A stretch of 64,000 bases of DNA from NCBI GenBank assembly GCA_964016885.1, contig OZ024743.1, positions 38,254,001 to 38,318,000 on the forward strand, in the 5' to 3' direction. The stretch comes from Eledone cirrhosa (lineage: Eukaryota). The notes under the pieces were generated by a model, which saw nothing but the letters and a program-made list of their open reading frames with translations, was not told the DNA's origin and searched no databases. The translations under genes and the position numbers were made by a program. Each line of letters opens with the position of its first letter. Within the stretch, counting starts at the first letter, position 1. Positions 13,703 through 26,789 of this stretch are shown piece after piece.

Positions 13703-15121
13703 TATATTTAGTTTGATTTATATTTATATGGGAAACTAGCCGATAAATCTTTGATTCCTTCTTTTTATTCTTTTTATTTTTATTTTTATTTTATTTTTAT
13801 TTAAACATTCCTCATGAAAAATTAAGCTACCCTAAAAGCTGATGCTCCAAATATTTCGAATAAACGTTACACTAGATAAACTTCTATATTAAATATAAGA
13901 ACACATGTAGACCAAATTGGGCATCCTAAACTTTTTGAAATGATCTTTGCTAGATGTGATTTGATAGATAATGTTTGGCTTTGTCTGTTTTTCGACTCTG
14001 ATGCTTATAATGAACTTGGCAATATATTGTCAATTAATTTTGAAGGGTTGATCTTTGTGGTTTATTTTTATTTTTTTATTATTGTAGTATTTTCTAATAT
14101 TTTTTTTTTTTATTATTGTAGTATTTTCTAATATTTTTATTTTTAATATTTTTATTTTTAATATTTTTAATATTTTTAATATTTTTAATATGTAAATTTT
14201 TTAATATGTAATATTTTTAATATGTAATATTCTTTCGTAATATTTTTTTAGTTTTCTATTTTATTATCACTTATTATTATTATTGTTATTTTTTAGTTTT
14301 GTTTCTGATATATATTGTTATTAGTATATTGAAATCTGCTCTCTATTTCTGCTTGATGTATAATCTTGTAGAGTAAAGACAGGAATAATAATACACATAT
14401 ATGTATACTCAAATTTTTATACCACATTGAGAATGTTTTCCGTGAACAAAGGGTTTGCAGAGTTGATCATGTAGATTCACATGGATGTTTTGTAGCTATC
14501 ACATAAACATATTAATTTTTTTTTAAAAAACTAAACATAAGATCATTAATTTTCACACACTATGGATACTTGTCTCATTCAGGAATACTGATATTTACAA
14601 TATAGTGGATGTTTTATAAATACTAATACCTCTATATTAAAACATAGGGTTTTTATGCCTCGCATATATCTGGTTATTTTTAAATTTTTTCTCTCACTAT
14701 ATTTTTTCTCTCTCTATATTTTTTTTCTCTCTATATATATCTCCCTTACATTAATACTAGAGCTAAATAAATAAATAAATAAATAAATAAATGTATCATT
14801 GATACATTTACTCAACAGACCTCCCACTACCTAATTTTCTATATATATGTATCTATCTCTATTTCCTCTCTCTCTATATATATATATCTCTTTCTGTTTC
14901 TTTACATGAAGTTCTTCTCTTTATCTATCTTTCCATCTCTCTATTTTGTTCCATGCATTTCTTCTTTTTCTTCCTTTTCTTCGTTTTCTGTCTTTCTTTC
15001 TTTTTTCTCTCTTTCTTTCTCTCTGTGTACAATTTTCTCACTGCCAAATCAACCTCTTCAAATGCAAGTCGATGTTGTTACGGTATGTCGAATCTATTTA
15101 TCTATAAAACTGTTTATATTG

Positions 15122-15187
15122 TATTTTGTCTGAGGAAGGCATAGCATATTGTTAATATGATATCCCTGAAATATATATAATGAAATA
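15122..15187 (+). ncRNA. type-I hammerhead ribozyme (family A)
   Basis: Stem I TATTTTGT/ATGAAATA (two G.U pairs), CTGAGGA 15130, stem II AGG..CATATT-gtt-AATATG..CCT, GAAA 15168, palindromic ATATATAT stem III. Confidence 0.75.
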
Positions 15188-16913
15188 AATATGGTTTTAT
15201 AAATATAGTTTCCATTTATTTAATATTGTAAATATACTCCAAATATTTGTCGAGTGCTTTTATATTAGTTATAAATATTTACTAGTTGTAACCCAACAAT
15301 TTTAAATATAACTTTCCATATATATATATATATATATATATGATTTTTATCAAAATTATATATATACGTTGTATGTTCCGAAAACGCCAAATATGCCAGA
15401 AATGTTTCCTACGGTGTTCAGATTAAGGTAAGTGTATACATTGCACTTGTCCAGTACATACTTAGGACAGTTCCAAACCAAATGATATAGCGTGCAGCAA
15501 TAATATAATGAATAGTCATACACACTCCCCATATTTATTAATGTACTGAAATCCTCAAATTTATCATAGTTTTCGTCCCTTTTGAGGTTGTGAATGCATA
15601 TCAGTTCACGGAAATTTGTGAGAGCTCCTGCGGATAGTCTCTATCTGCGATACAAATCATCTCTCTGAGAATTATGTGAAGGTTACATGTGTCTGCAATG
15701 TACTTAGAACATCTCGCACTTACCATTGGCTGCAATTGATTTGAGTTTACGAATGTAAATCAATGCACATAACATTTTGATACCTCCTGCGTGTAGTCTC
15801 TTTCTACGTACACAGCATATTTTTTAGAGTTATTTTAAGGTTACACTTGTCTCTAAACTACTTGGCCTCTCGCACGCTAAGTGACGAGTGATTTCTTCGG
15901 TTGATTTGACAACTGAAAACACTCATTGGTGAAACCGACAAGGTTCATTTAATTCCAACTACAATTATTCTCACCATAGTATAAGCCAACGTCTTTCTGT
16001 CGAGTATTTGTCAAAAGAAAAAAAAACAAAAGACGGCAACGAATTATGCTGAAAACGAATAGTCTCAACGGCGAATATCAACGCTTTGTAGAATTTGCAT
16101 TTTCTCGTATTTAGAACAATAGAGCTCTTAGAAACCCGTGCATAATTAATGTTATCAACTCATCTGAAGTACTGCTTAGGAGGGCTTCAAGAAATGCGAT
16201 TTCCGCTCAAAGGAAGAAATCCGAATATCGATAGCAATACATCGCTTATTATTTCAATAATTCAATTATATATTGAACGTAACTTCAATAAATCCTAAAC
16301 ATATGTATAAAGCTAACCTGCATCCCTTAAAATCAACCAAAAACATAAAGAAAACTCGAGAAAGCGTAATCCCTAGCCATTAGTTTCGTTTCAATCACCA
16401 TCTTTAATTTATCAATCTCATTTACATAATTTAATGCAAATTATGAGTGAAATATCGTTGTAAACGTTTATAATTTAGGAGAAATATTTTATTACGAAAT
16501 AAACAGAATAATTTTGGGTTATGAATGCACATGATAATTATTTTATTGCAATTATACAGCCCTTTTTGTTGTTTTTTTCTTTTCTATTTTGCCTTTGACG
16601 AATCGTGTAGAAAGGAATAATACTAAAATGGATTCTACAAGCTGATATTACATTTTTCTTTAAAATATTCTTCCCTTTGAAATGAACATGATTAAATATA
16701 ACGTTATTGCCTTATCATCACAAATGCAGTCACATATCACCATATGCATATATCTGGGCATTACAAACATGTATAAATAGGTGTTTTATATTATAGACTA
16801 TATATAAACATTTAGAGATTTCCCTGCACATTACAAAAATCTATGATCTTGTACTCACACACACACCAACTCACATATATGTATATTCATATTTATATCT
16901 GTGCATATGTAAT

Positions 16914-16960
<47 letters not shown>

Positions 16961-16962
<2 letters not shown>

Positions 16963-17172
16963 TTTTTTATAGAAGGAGCTTCTACAGGACTAGTACTGTT
17001 TCATTCAGATGAAATCTTTAGGAAGCCCTGGAGCTTCCTGAAGATTTCATCTGAATGAAACAGTACTAGTCCTGTAGAAGCTCCATCTATAAAAAAATAA
17101 AAAAATTTACTCTCCCATGTATTGAGTACCTTACTTACTGTGGTTATCCCCGATTCAACCCGGGACCTACGT
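16961..17172 (+). mobile_element. ORF-less fold-back element (~65-bp arms) with HHR and 3' tail, in (TA)n
   Basis: 16961-17026 is the reverse complement of 17033-17098. HHR: GGAGCTTC-CTGAAGA(17038)-TTCA/TGAA-GAAA(17057)-CAGTACTAGTC-ctgta-GAAGCTCC. A collapsed relative lies at 55212-55290. Confidence 0.75.
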
Positions 17173-17589
17173 ATATATTATATATATATATAAACACACA
17201 CAGATACACGCACACGCATATACACATATATATATATTTATATATATTTAGAATGGAATAGAATGACACGATATTTCATTTCTCACTCTTAGGTCGGCAC
17301 TTACTTAAATGTAAGTATGTATGTATACGTACAAACATATATGTATACAGACGTACAGTAGTATGTATATATATACATACATGCACACATATATATGTGT
17401 GTGTGTCTGTGTATATGTATATATATAAACACACTGTATATGTGTGTCTGTGTGTATGTATGTGTGTATGTGTGTATATATATATATATATATACATACA
17501 TAGATATACACACTCAGTAAAATAGCAACAATACACACACTTGGTATTTCAGTGTAAACAGACTAATTTATTATTACTATTATTATATA

Positions 17590-17623
<34 letters not shown>

Positions 17624-17757
17624 CTATGTTAGACAGTATATACTATATATAATGCCGCTCCTATTTCCATGTACACCTCTCACCAACCTTCTATATAACT
17701 AGTCCCTGCAATGTTGCCTTCACACTCAGCCCTTGTGGCAAATATTACAATTAGTCA

Positions 17758-17821
<64 letters not shown>

Positions 17822-18327
17822 CACACGTCTGGTTGACGGTTGGGAAAAAGAGAGTACTGAATACCGAAGTAGAGTTTTAACATTCGTGTTTACCGATTTA
17901 TTATAATGCTCGGTTTGTTTGTTTGTAAACAAACAAACAAACGGAGCATTATAATAAATTTTCGGTAAAACGATACGTGCATATATAAATGTGTGCATGT
18001 ATGTATATATATATATACATACTACTGTACGTCTGTATACATATATGTATGTACGTATACATACATACATACTTATATATATTTATATATATACATAAGT
18101 ATAGATATATAAATATATATTTGTAGATATATAAATATATATACATATATATATGTATATATGTATATATGTATATATATATATATATGTGGAAAAAAAT
18201 AAAACGAAATTTCATGTCTCACTCTTAGTACGGCTGATACTTAAATATATATATATATACATATATATACATATATATACATATATATGTATATATGTGT
18301 ATATATATGTATATATATATATATATA

Positions 18328-18907
18328 ACGGAGGAGTTGTGGTAAGGACCAGATGGACCATAACGCACCAGAGTACGCAATAATTAGGGTAGTAGATAGG
18401 TAATAGGAGAAAGTATGCCCCGACCGCAGAGCTCAAATTTTCAAGGTTACCTTATATGGAAAGCTTCTAGTTGTCAAGAGATTGGTCAACATTTGTAGCG
18501 GACACAGAAAAGTCTATCATGGCAGTGGGGGCGGGGTGGAAATGGCTGAACTTGCCTGTAGAACGACAGGTGAGTGCGTAGAGCCGCTCAAGCGTAGAGG
18601 GTGAAATCTACTCGGCAAATTCTAAGGAATGGTTATGAAAGTAGGCCAGAGGAGGTTGGCGAAAAACGGTATCTTTAGAAAATGTAAGAGGGACGTTATA
18701 GAAATAGTAAATCAAATGCGATTAGAGGTTAAAGAAAAAATATAATAAAAAAGAATATAATAAAAAATGAGAGAGAGATGTAACAGAAAGTAAGATTGGA
18801 AAGTGAGAAATTCGGCTATTTATTTACCAGACTAAAAAAAACTCTTACTTTAGTCCAGAAATAGCTGTCGAAACGGCTTGAGCTCTGCCGTTGGGGTCAT
18901 ACTTTCT

Positions 18908-18910
<3 letters not shown>
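18328..18910 (-). mobile_element. family-B pLTR-like element with inverted arm
   Basis: Shares GAAATAGCCGTCGAAACGGCTTGAGCTCTGCCGTCGGGGTC and its tail with 30960-31603, 44055-44165 and 48260-48450. Confidence 0.7.
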
Positions 18911-18949
<39 letters not shown>

Positions 18950-18958
<9 letters not shown>

Positions 18959-19222
18959 GACGTAAAATAAGAAAATTATAAAAATTAACTTACTTACTAA
19001 AATTTCACTACAACTAATTAGTTTCTGAAAGGGAATAAACATGGTTTCCGATCGGAACAACATCGGAACAACATTTTTATAATTTTCTTATTTTACGTCT
19101 TTCACATAATTGTTCTGCATCCCCTTGCATTGAACCACAAAGTTACTAAGACAAAACCTATATATTTGCTAGCATAGGTATGCATCTGTATATATATGTT
19201 GGTAGATATACTAATTCTTTAT
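18950..19222 (+). mobile_element. family-C pLTR fragment in inverted + direct arrangement
   Basis: 18950-19035 is the reverse complement of 26088-26170, and 19075-19222 matches 26138-26287 directly. Confidence 0.75.
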
Positions 19223-19279
19223 ATATATGTATATATATATGTATATGTATATGTATATACCTGTATACATATATATATG

Positions 19280-19449
<170 letters not shown>

Positions 19450-19611
19450 CTAAATGAAGTTATTCCTTCGGGAACGTCCAGGTGAAAGGAGTGCTCTATG
19501 TACGTAGCAGAGCTTATTATTTATGTAATAAACAACATATTATATGGTTAAGATTTAATCAAGGTAGTACTCTTAACCATCTAACATCTCAGGGTATGTC
19601 ATGTATCATTT

Positions 19612-19679
19612 TATTTTATCTGATGAGGACTTACTGCTGAACCTGATTCACGTACCTCTGAAATGTGTATACTAAAATG
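19612..19679 (+). ncRNA. hammerhead-like motif
   Basis: ATTTTAT-CTGATGA(19620)-irregular stem II (TGAA/TTCA inner helix)-GAAA(19660)-TGTGTA-TACTAAAAT. Stems are imperfect. Confidence 0.5.
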
Positions 19680-20679
19680 TAATTCATCACAAGAACATCT
19701 ATTTTATTAATATTTGAATTTAATATTATATATTTATATATGTATATATATATAAATATACATACACATACACATAAATACACACACACATATATACACA
19801 GAGATATCCACGGTAAGTTGTGGGGGTCTAGTCTGCATGAAGAACTCAATGTAATCCAAATGTTGAAAATGTTGCAGGTTAAAATAAATCGCGGAAAACA
19901 ATAAAATATTAAAAGGAAAACAGTGTCTTTATATAAAATTATAACAATGAAATAAAAAATCAAGTCATTAGAAATATACTTCACTGCTTTACGATCGTTT
20001 CAGGTGATGATAATACATCGTAACTATACTTCGATATCGATCCATGTAAGGTTAGTTACACAATATCAGATACAGTGAACATTTCCTTACACGCATATCA
20101 CCAGCTGTTGTCAAAAGCAATAATAATTTTATTCAAAATTAGTAGTAAATTAGTATTATGTTTAGTTCTATGACCTTGTTTGGAGGTAGTTGAAGAACTA
20201 ACCAATCATAGTTGAATGTATATGGTATAGTGAAGTTTAAAAGGAATGTAAAAGTTAAATGTTGAGTTGTGTTGTATGGAGTTTTTAGGTGTTTAGGTAA
20301 ATATAAATAAAGGTCATGGCTAGGAAAGATAGTATATTAAAAGATGAAAATTATAATTAGATAATGAAATACAGTAATACAATAATATAATATAATGTAA
20401 CACAATATAGTACGGTGTGGTAAATTGTACTTAGTATAATAAAGTACACCAAATAACCGAAAAACCACAAGAAAAACCACAACAACTATTACTACACGAT
20501 CTATGGCCAATGTTATCGACTCACATATGAATACCAAGCATTCAAAATCTCATAATCTACCCAATAATAACACCAAATGCAAACACGGTAGTTTACCAAA
20601 TTCCACAAATAACTAACCATAGGAATTCTATTAGAACACAGCACAATAATATAAGTGGTAATAAGAACTTAACTATAAA

Positions 20680-21580
20680 CCGCAAAAGAAACATAACTTG
20701 GTACAATGCACCCTTCAACCTGCAAACTATTGGACAAATCCCCCCAAATTCTTCGAAATTCTACATAAACGTTTTCAACCAAACCACAGATACCACCAAA
20801 TATTAAACAGATATACTGTTAAATTCTCATACTCTACATCAAACAATCTCCAGCAAAACATAAGCAAGTTCAACATTTATAAATTTAAAAATAATATGAC
20901 CACACCACCACAACATCATTTAAATAGGACTGCACCTTTTAATAGGACAAATAATACAATCCTTCAACCTGGAAAACACAACCACCCAAATTACGAACAC
21001 AAAAACAACAGAACACAAAGTCACAATACAACCCTAGCACTAAACCACCCCTAAAGCAACCTTCATTCTCCCGCTAACATTAATTACAATAGGAATAGCT
21101 CAAGCATTAATGAGAATCGTATAGGTACCCCAACAACCATCTTACGTATGGTTGTAATTGCAGAAATAGAAGCATTTGCACCTTAAATGGCAACTGTTTG
21201 ATTAATAATGTAATATATAAATGCACTGTGTGTCTACTAGTGACTCCAACAATACATATATAGGATCTACATCAAACACATTTAAGAAAAGATTTTACGT
21301 ACACTCTTTTAGTTTTAACAATACTAAACTAGCTAACACCACATCTTTAACTGAAGCAGTAAATAACTATAAAAAGAAAAAAATAGATTTCAAGCTATCG
21401 TGGAACACCATTCTCCAAAGAACTCCATATCTTGGGTACAGGAGATAATGCAGGTCTTGTTCAGCGGATATCTTGGAAATGATTAAATCTAAGGACGATT
21501 TATTGAATAAAAGACAGGAACTGTTTATAGTTTGTAATCACCGTGTACGAAAAACGTTTAAATACTATAAACCTAATTAA
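20680..21580 (+). pseudogene. frameshifted PLE linker/GIY-YIG (Naiad-like)
   Basis: NITWYNAPF, HRYHQILNRYTVKFSYS, CNCRNRSIC, YIGSTSNTFKKRFYVH, CNHR..TFKYY; homologous to 12902-13702. Confidence 0.8.
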
Positions 21581-21789
21581 ATATTCTAGATATCAACTCA
21601 CTATAATTCTATATAGCGTAACATTTGTTAATATCCCTTTCTCCTAATTATAAGCATTCATGTTTATTTCTTACTTTTTAATGTTTTAGCTTCCTTAGAT
21701 TTATGCGTTAATAACTAAGGGCAACACGGTAATTGCATGAGTAAATATATATCTATGTATGATATAGGAATATATATATATATATATTT

Positions 21790-23216
21790 GTGTCTAGGTC
21801 TGTTTATATAATTTATTTTGTTTGACTTGTTAGCTTGACTTGTTTTTTGGCTTAGGTGCTTAAAGCTTTCTTGACCACTTTTCAGTTTGTATGGCGTTTT
21901 AACATATTGTTTAGCTCTAGTTTTTCTTAACTATTGGAGCGCTTACCCGCATTTTTACGATTTTGCGTTTCGTTTTGCTTTTTCTACCAGCCGAAATACG
22001 ATTCTTGCTGAATATGCATTTATATTAATCTCCCGAGTGTTACAATTTACCTGGTAATAATTCTATTGACAGATTAATTGCATAAGTTTATTTTAAAAAC
22101 TACCCGTTCGAGTTCTTATTCGATTTGTGCTATCTATGCAATTTGTTGTATGATATACACATACTGAATTCATTTGCCAAAATCTGGGTAAATTTCCCCT
22201 TTTGACTTACCCAAGTGCCTTTACAAGATTCTGCGTCACTTACAAAGTTGTTTAAAGATCAAAAATCATGTTGATAACGTGATATTACTTGTTCGATCTT
22301 TATGCTGAAAGTTTATAGTTTTTAGCAGAGAGTATTATTGATTTAGGTGTCATAGAAACCCTGCATTTGGATTTCACCAACAATTCCACTTGGGTCCATG
22401 TCTGTTTATATCATTTATTTTGTTTGGCTTGTTTAGCTTGACTTGTCTTTTGGCTTGGGTGGTTAATGACTTCTTGACCACTTTTCAGTTTGTATGACGT
22501 TTTAACATATTGTTTAGCTCTAGTTTTTATTAACTATTGGAGGGCTTGCCAGCATTTCTACGATTTTACGTTTCGTTTCGCTTTTTCTACCAGCCGAAAT
22601 ACGATTCTCGCTGAATATACATTTATATTAATCACCCGAGTGTTACAATTAACCTGTTAATATTTCTATTGAGAGATTAATTGCATAAGTTTATTTTAAG
22701 AACTACCTGGTCGAGTGCTTATTCGATTTGTGCTATCTATGCAATTTTTTGTATGATATACACATACTGAATTCATTTGCAAAAATCTGGGGAAATTTCC
22801 CCTCGTGACTTACCCATGTGCCTTTACAAGGTTCTGCGTCACTTACAAAGTTGTTTAAAGATCAAAAATCATGTTGATAACGTGATATTACTTGTTCGAT
22901 CTTTATGCTGAAAGTTTATAGTTTTTAGCAGAGAGTATTATTGATTTAGGTGTCATAGAAACCCTGCATTTGGATTTTACCATCAATTCCACTTGGGTCC
23001 AGGTCTGTTTATATCATTATTTTGTTTGACCCGTTTAGCTTCACTTGTTTTTTGGCTTAGGTGGTTAATGCCTTCTTGACCACTCTTCAGTTTGTATGGC
23101 GTTTAAACATATTGTTTAGCTCTAGTTTTTCTTAACTATTGGAGCGCTTGCCAGCATTTCTACGATTTTGCTTTTCGTTTCGCTTTTTCTATAAGCCGAA
23201 ATACGATTCTCGCTGA

Positions 23217-23220
<4 letters not shown>
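21790..23220. repeat. ~602-bp tandem repeat, ~2.4 units, bounded by (TA)n
   Basis: Unit starts GTC(T/C)A(G/T)GTCTGTTTATAT at ~21792, ~22394 and ~22997. Confidence 0.9.
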
Positions 23221-23264
<44 letters not shown>

Positions 23265-23671
23265 ATGTGTGTATATGCGAGTATATGTGTATGAGTGTTT
23301 ATATGTGTGTGTACATACATATATATATATATATATATGTATAGGGGTGTATATGTAAATATATATATATAAATATATGTGTATATGATTTTGTGCACAT
23401 GTGTAGATGTATGTATATGTTTGCATCTATTTATGTGTATGTATATGTTTAGTTGAGTATCAATACAAATATACCTCTATCTATAATGTGGGTATATGCA
23501 ATTTGTGATCTATGAAAGTTATGCATTTTGACTATGTCAACATGTATATATCTGAATTTGACTATTTATACATAGACATACTTGAAAGTATTTTAAGGCG
23601 TATCATACGCTGTATTATACTAAGTACAATTTACTGCACCGTACTATATTGTATTACATTATATTATATTA

Positions 23672-23840
23672 AAAGCATGGCGTCCGACGCCATGCTTTGA
23701 CGTATAAAGTTACGGACCTTGCCATTCTTAGTTCACATCGCACCAAGTTTAACTTTGTCTTTCATCCTTACGGGGTCGATAAAATAAAGTACCAGTAATG
23801 CACTGGGTAATTGCTGGCCTTGTGCCTAACGTAGAAAGAA
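23672..23840 (+). mobile_element. 5'-truncated SINE copy 3 with inverted 5' end, inserted into one inverted-repeat arm
   Basis: SINE body present. TSD ATTATATTATATT at 23658-23670 and 23840-23852. The SINE is absent from the sister arm at ~20390. Confidence 0.85.
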
Positions 23841-24305
23841 TTATATTATATTATTGTATTACTGTATTTCATTATCTTATAATTTTCATCTTTTAATATA
23901 CTATCTTTCCTAGCCATGACCTTAATTTATATTCACCTATAAACTCCATACAGCACAACTCAATATTTAATTTTTACATTCCTTTTAAACTTCACTATAC
24001 CATATACATTCAACTATCAATTTGACAAACCCTTTCTTCCTAATAGATTTTTATGGCAATTCTGTTATTAACACCATTCAACCATTGCTTTCAAAGGGTC
24101 ATGACCTCAACTAAAGTGAATTATTTTTCATCTTAACATCATATGGAAAAAACAATGTGATTGGTTAGTTATTCAACTACCTGCAAAGAAGGTCATAGAA
24201 CTAAACATAATACTAATTTACGATGTATTATCATCACCTAGAAACGAACGAAAAGCAGTGAAGTATATTTCCAATGACTTGATGTTTTATTTCATTGTTA
24301 TAACG

Positions 24306-24341
<36 letters not shown>

Positions 24342-24345
24342 TACA

Positions 24346-24414
<69 letters not shown>

Positions 24415-24662
24415 AGATAATTATAAAAATAAATAAACGAATATAATGCATATACTAAAGTAAGCAGACACAACACCCACCTTACAAAGACAAAATACAT
24501 ATGCATGAAAATAACAAATAAATAAAAGTAAAAGATAAAGTCAAATATAAAAATAAAAAAATTAAAAAACTAGCATGTTGACAGCGATACGAAAGAGGAA
24601 AAAATAAAAATAAAAATGAATAAACAAACACACGTGGTAAGCAAATGGATGAAATAAAATAA

Positions 24663-24748
<86 letters not shown>

Positions 24749-24802
24749 CGTTTCTGAATTTGTTTAGCAAGATTCTTTATCTGAAATCGTGTGTTGAAAC
24801 CG

Positions 24803-25307
24803 ATATTGTTATACTTTGGGAGGGTCATGTTGCCAATAAGAAACACACGCACCAGTTGCTTTCACTTCAATTTAATTTAATATATATTTATAAATTTACA
24901 AATTTATAAATTTCTGGTTGGTTGGTTGGTTCCACAACCAGATAGTTGTTTATATATATATAGTCATAGTTCTTTCGTCACACACTCTGTGACCTCTTCA
25001 GTGACTGGGGATTTCTTTCTTCGTTTCTGTGCCTTTCCTTTCTTCTATCCTACGCCATTTTGGCGTAGGATAGAAGAAAGGAAAGGCACAGAAACGAAGA
25101 AAGAAATCCCCAGTCACTGAAGAGGTCACAGAGTGTGTGACGAAAGAACTATGACTATATATATATAAACAACTATCTGGTTGTGGAACCAACCAACCAA
25201 CCAGAAATTTATAAATTTGTAAATTTATAAATATATATTAAATTAAATTGAAGTGAAAGCAACTGGTGCGTGTGTTTCTTATTGGCAACATGACCCTCCC
25301 AAAGTAT

Positions 25308-25315
<8 letters not shown>
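24803..25315. repeat. apparently perfect palindrome, 255-bp arms with a 3-nt loop
   Basis: Centre TACGCCA-ttt-TGGCGTA at 25059. The ORF track shows mirror-image peptides on the two strands. Confidence 0.95.
25112..25156 (+). ncRNA. type-I hammerhead ribozyme (mirror copy on minus strand at 24962-25006)
   Basis: AGTCA-CTGAAGA-gGTCACA-gagtg-TGTGAC-GAAA-GAACT-A-TGACT. Confidence 0.8.
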
Positions 25316-25365
<50 letters not shown>

Positions 25366-25757
25366 GTTTACATATATATATATATATATATATACATACA
25401 TACATACATACATATACGTGTTTTGCAATGGGTCACTTTGTGGCTCAATGAAAAGTTAATAAATTAAATAATCAGAGCTATATATCATAAAACATGTCTA
25501 TAGAATCACCAGATAAAATATATACGATTTCCTCTCCCAATTAGCATAATTAACTATATAAAAAAATCGAATAGACCAGGCTATAAGAATAAGGCTTCTA
25601 TGAAGAAATCTCCAACAAATAACCGAAACTAGCCCTTCGCGTCGGCTGCGACGGAATATTTATCGAATATTTCGACAGCGTAATCGCCAGATATACAGTC
25701 AATTAAACAGAATTAGGTGTAAAATAAACTAGGAGAAAAGAGAATACATTTATTTAC

Positions 25758-25830
25758 CTCTACCATGGTTTCGTCCGCATTTTGAGATTTCCAATAACTT
25801 CGGAAACTCGAGCATCGGACTCTTCAGGAG
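25758..25830 (-). ncRNA. type-I hammerhead ribozyme
   Basis: Minus strand: CTC-CTGAAGA-GTCCG...CGGAC-GAAA-CCATGG-TA-GAG; stem III palindrome ACCATGGT. Confidence 0.8.
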
Positions 25831-25937
25831 TTTCCTCTAATCTAGACAATACATTTTCCAAAGTGATCGCGCCAAGAATACATTCAAAAATGGCTAAGAA
25901 TCGTGACGTAGCAGCGAGTCATCAGAGAGTCTATTCT

Positions 25938-26783
<846 letters not shown>

Positions 26784-26789
26784 AAAGTT

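Larger units (their letters stand above)
12503..15320 (+). mobile_element. Penelope-like element (Naiad-like): inverted partial pLTR, EN ORF, long 3' region and HHR-bearing pLTR, bounded by (TA)n
   Basis: 12503-12818 is the reverse complement of 14857-15230, with a deletion through the HHR. GIY-YIG ORF 12902-13702. (TA)n on both sides. Confidence 0.85.
19939..24303. mobile_element. PLE-like composite: ~0.5-0.7-kb inverted repeats (19939-20441 / 23613-24303) enclosing a GIY-YIG remnant and later insertions
   Basis: The arms align as reverse complements with reciprocal indels. The left arm carries a decayed long-stem-II HHR on the minus strand (TTCACTG..CTGATA...GAAA-CGATCG-TA..CAGTGAA, 19980-20080). 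Confidence 0.75.
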
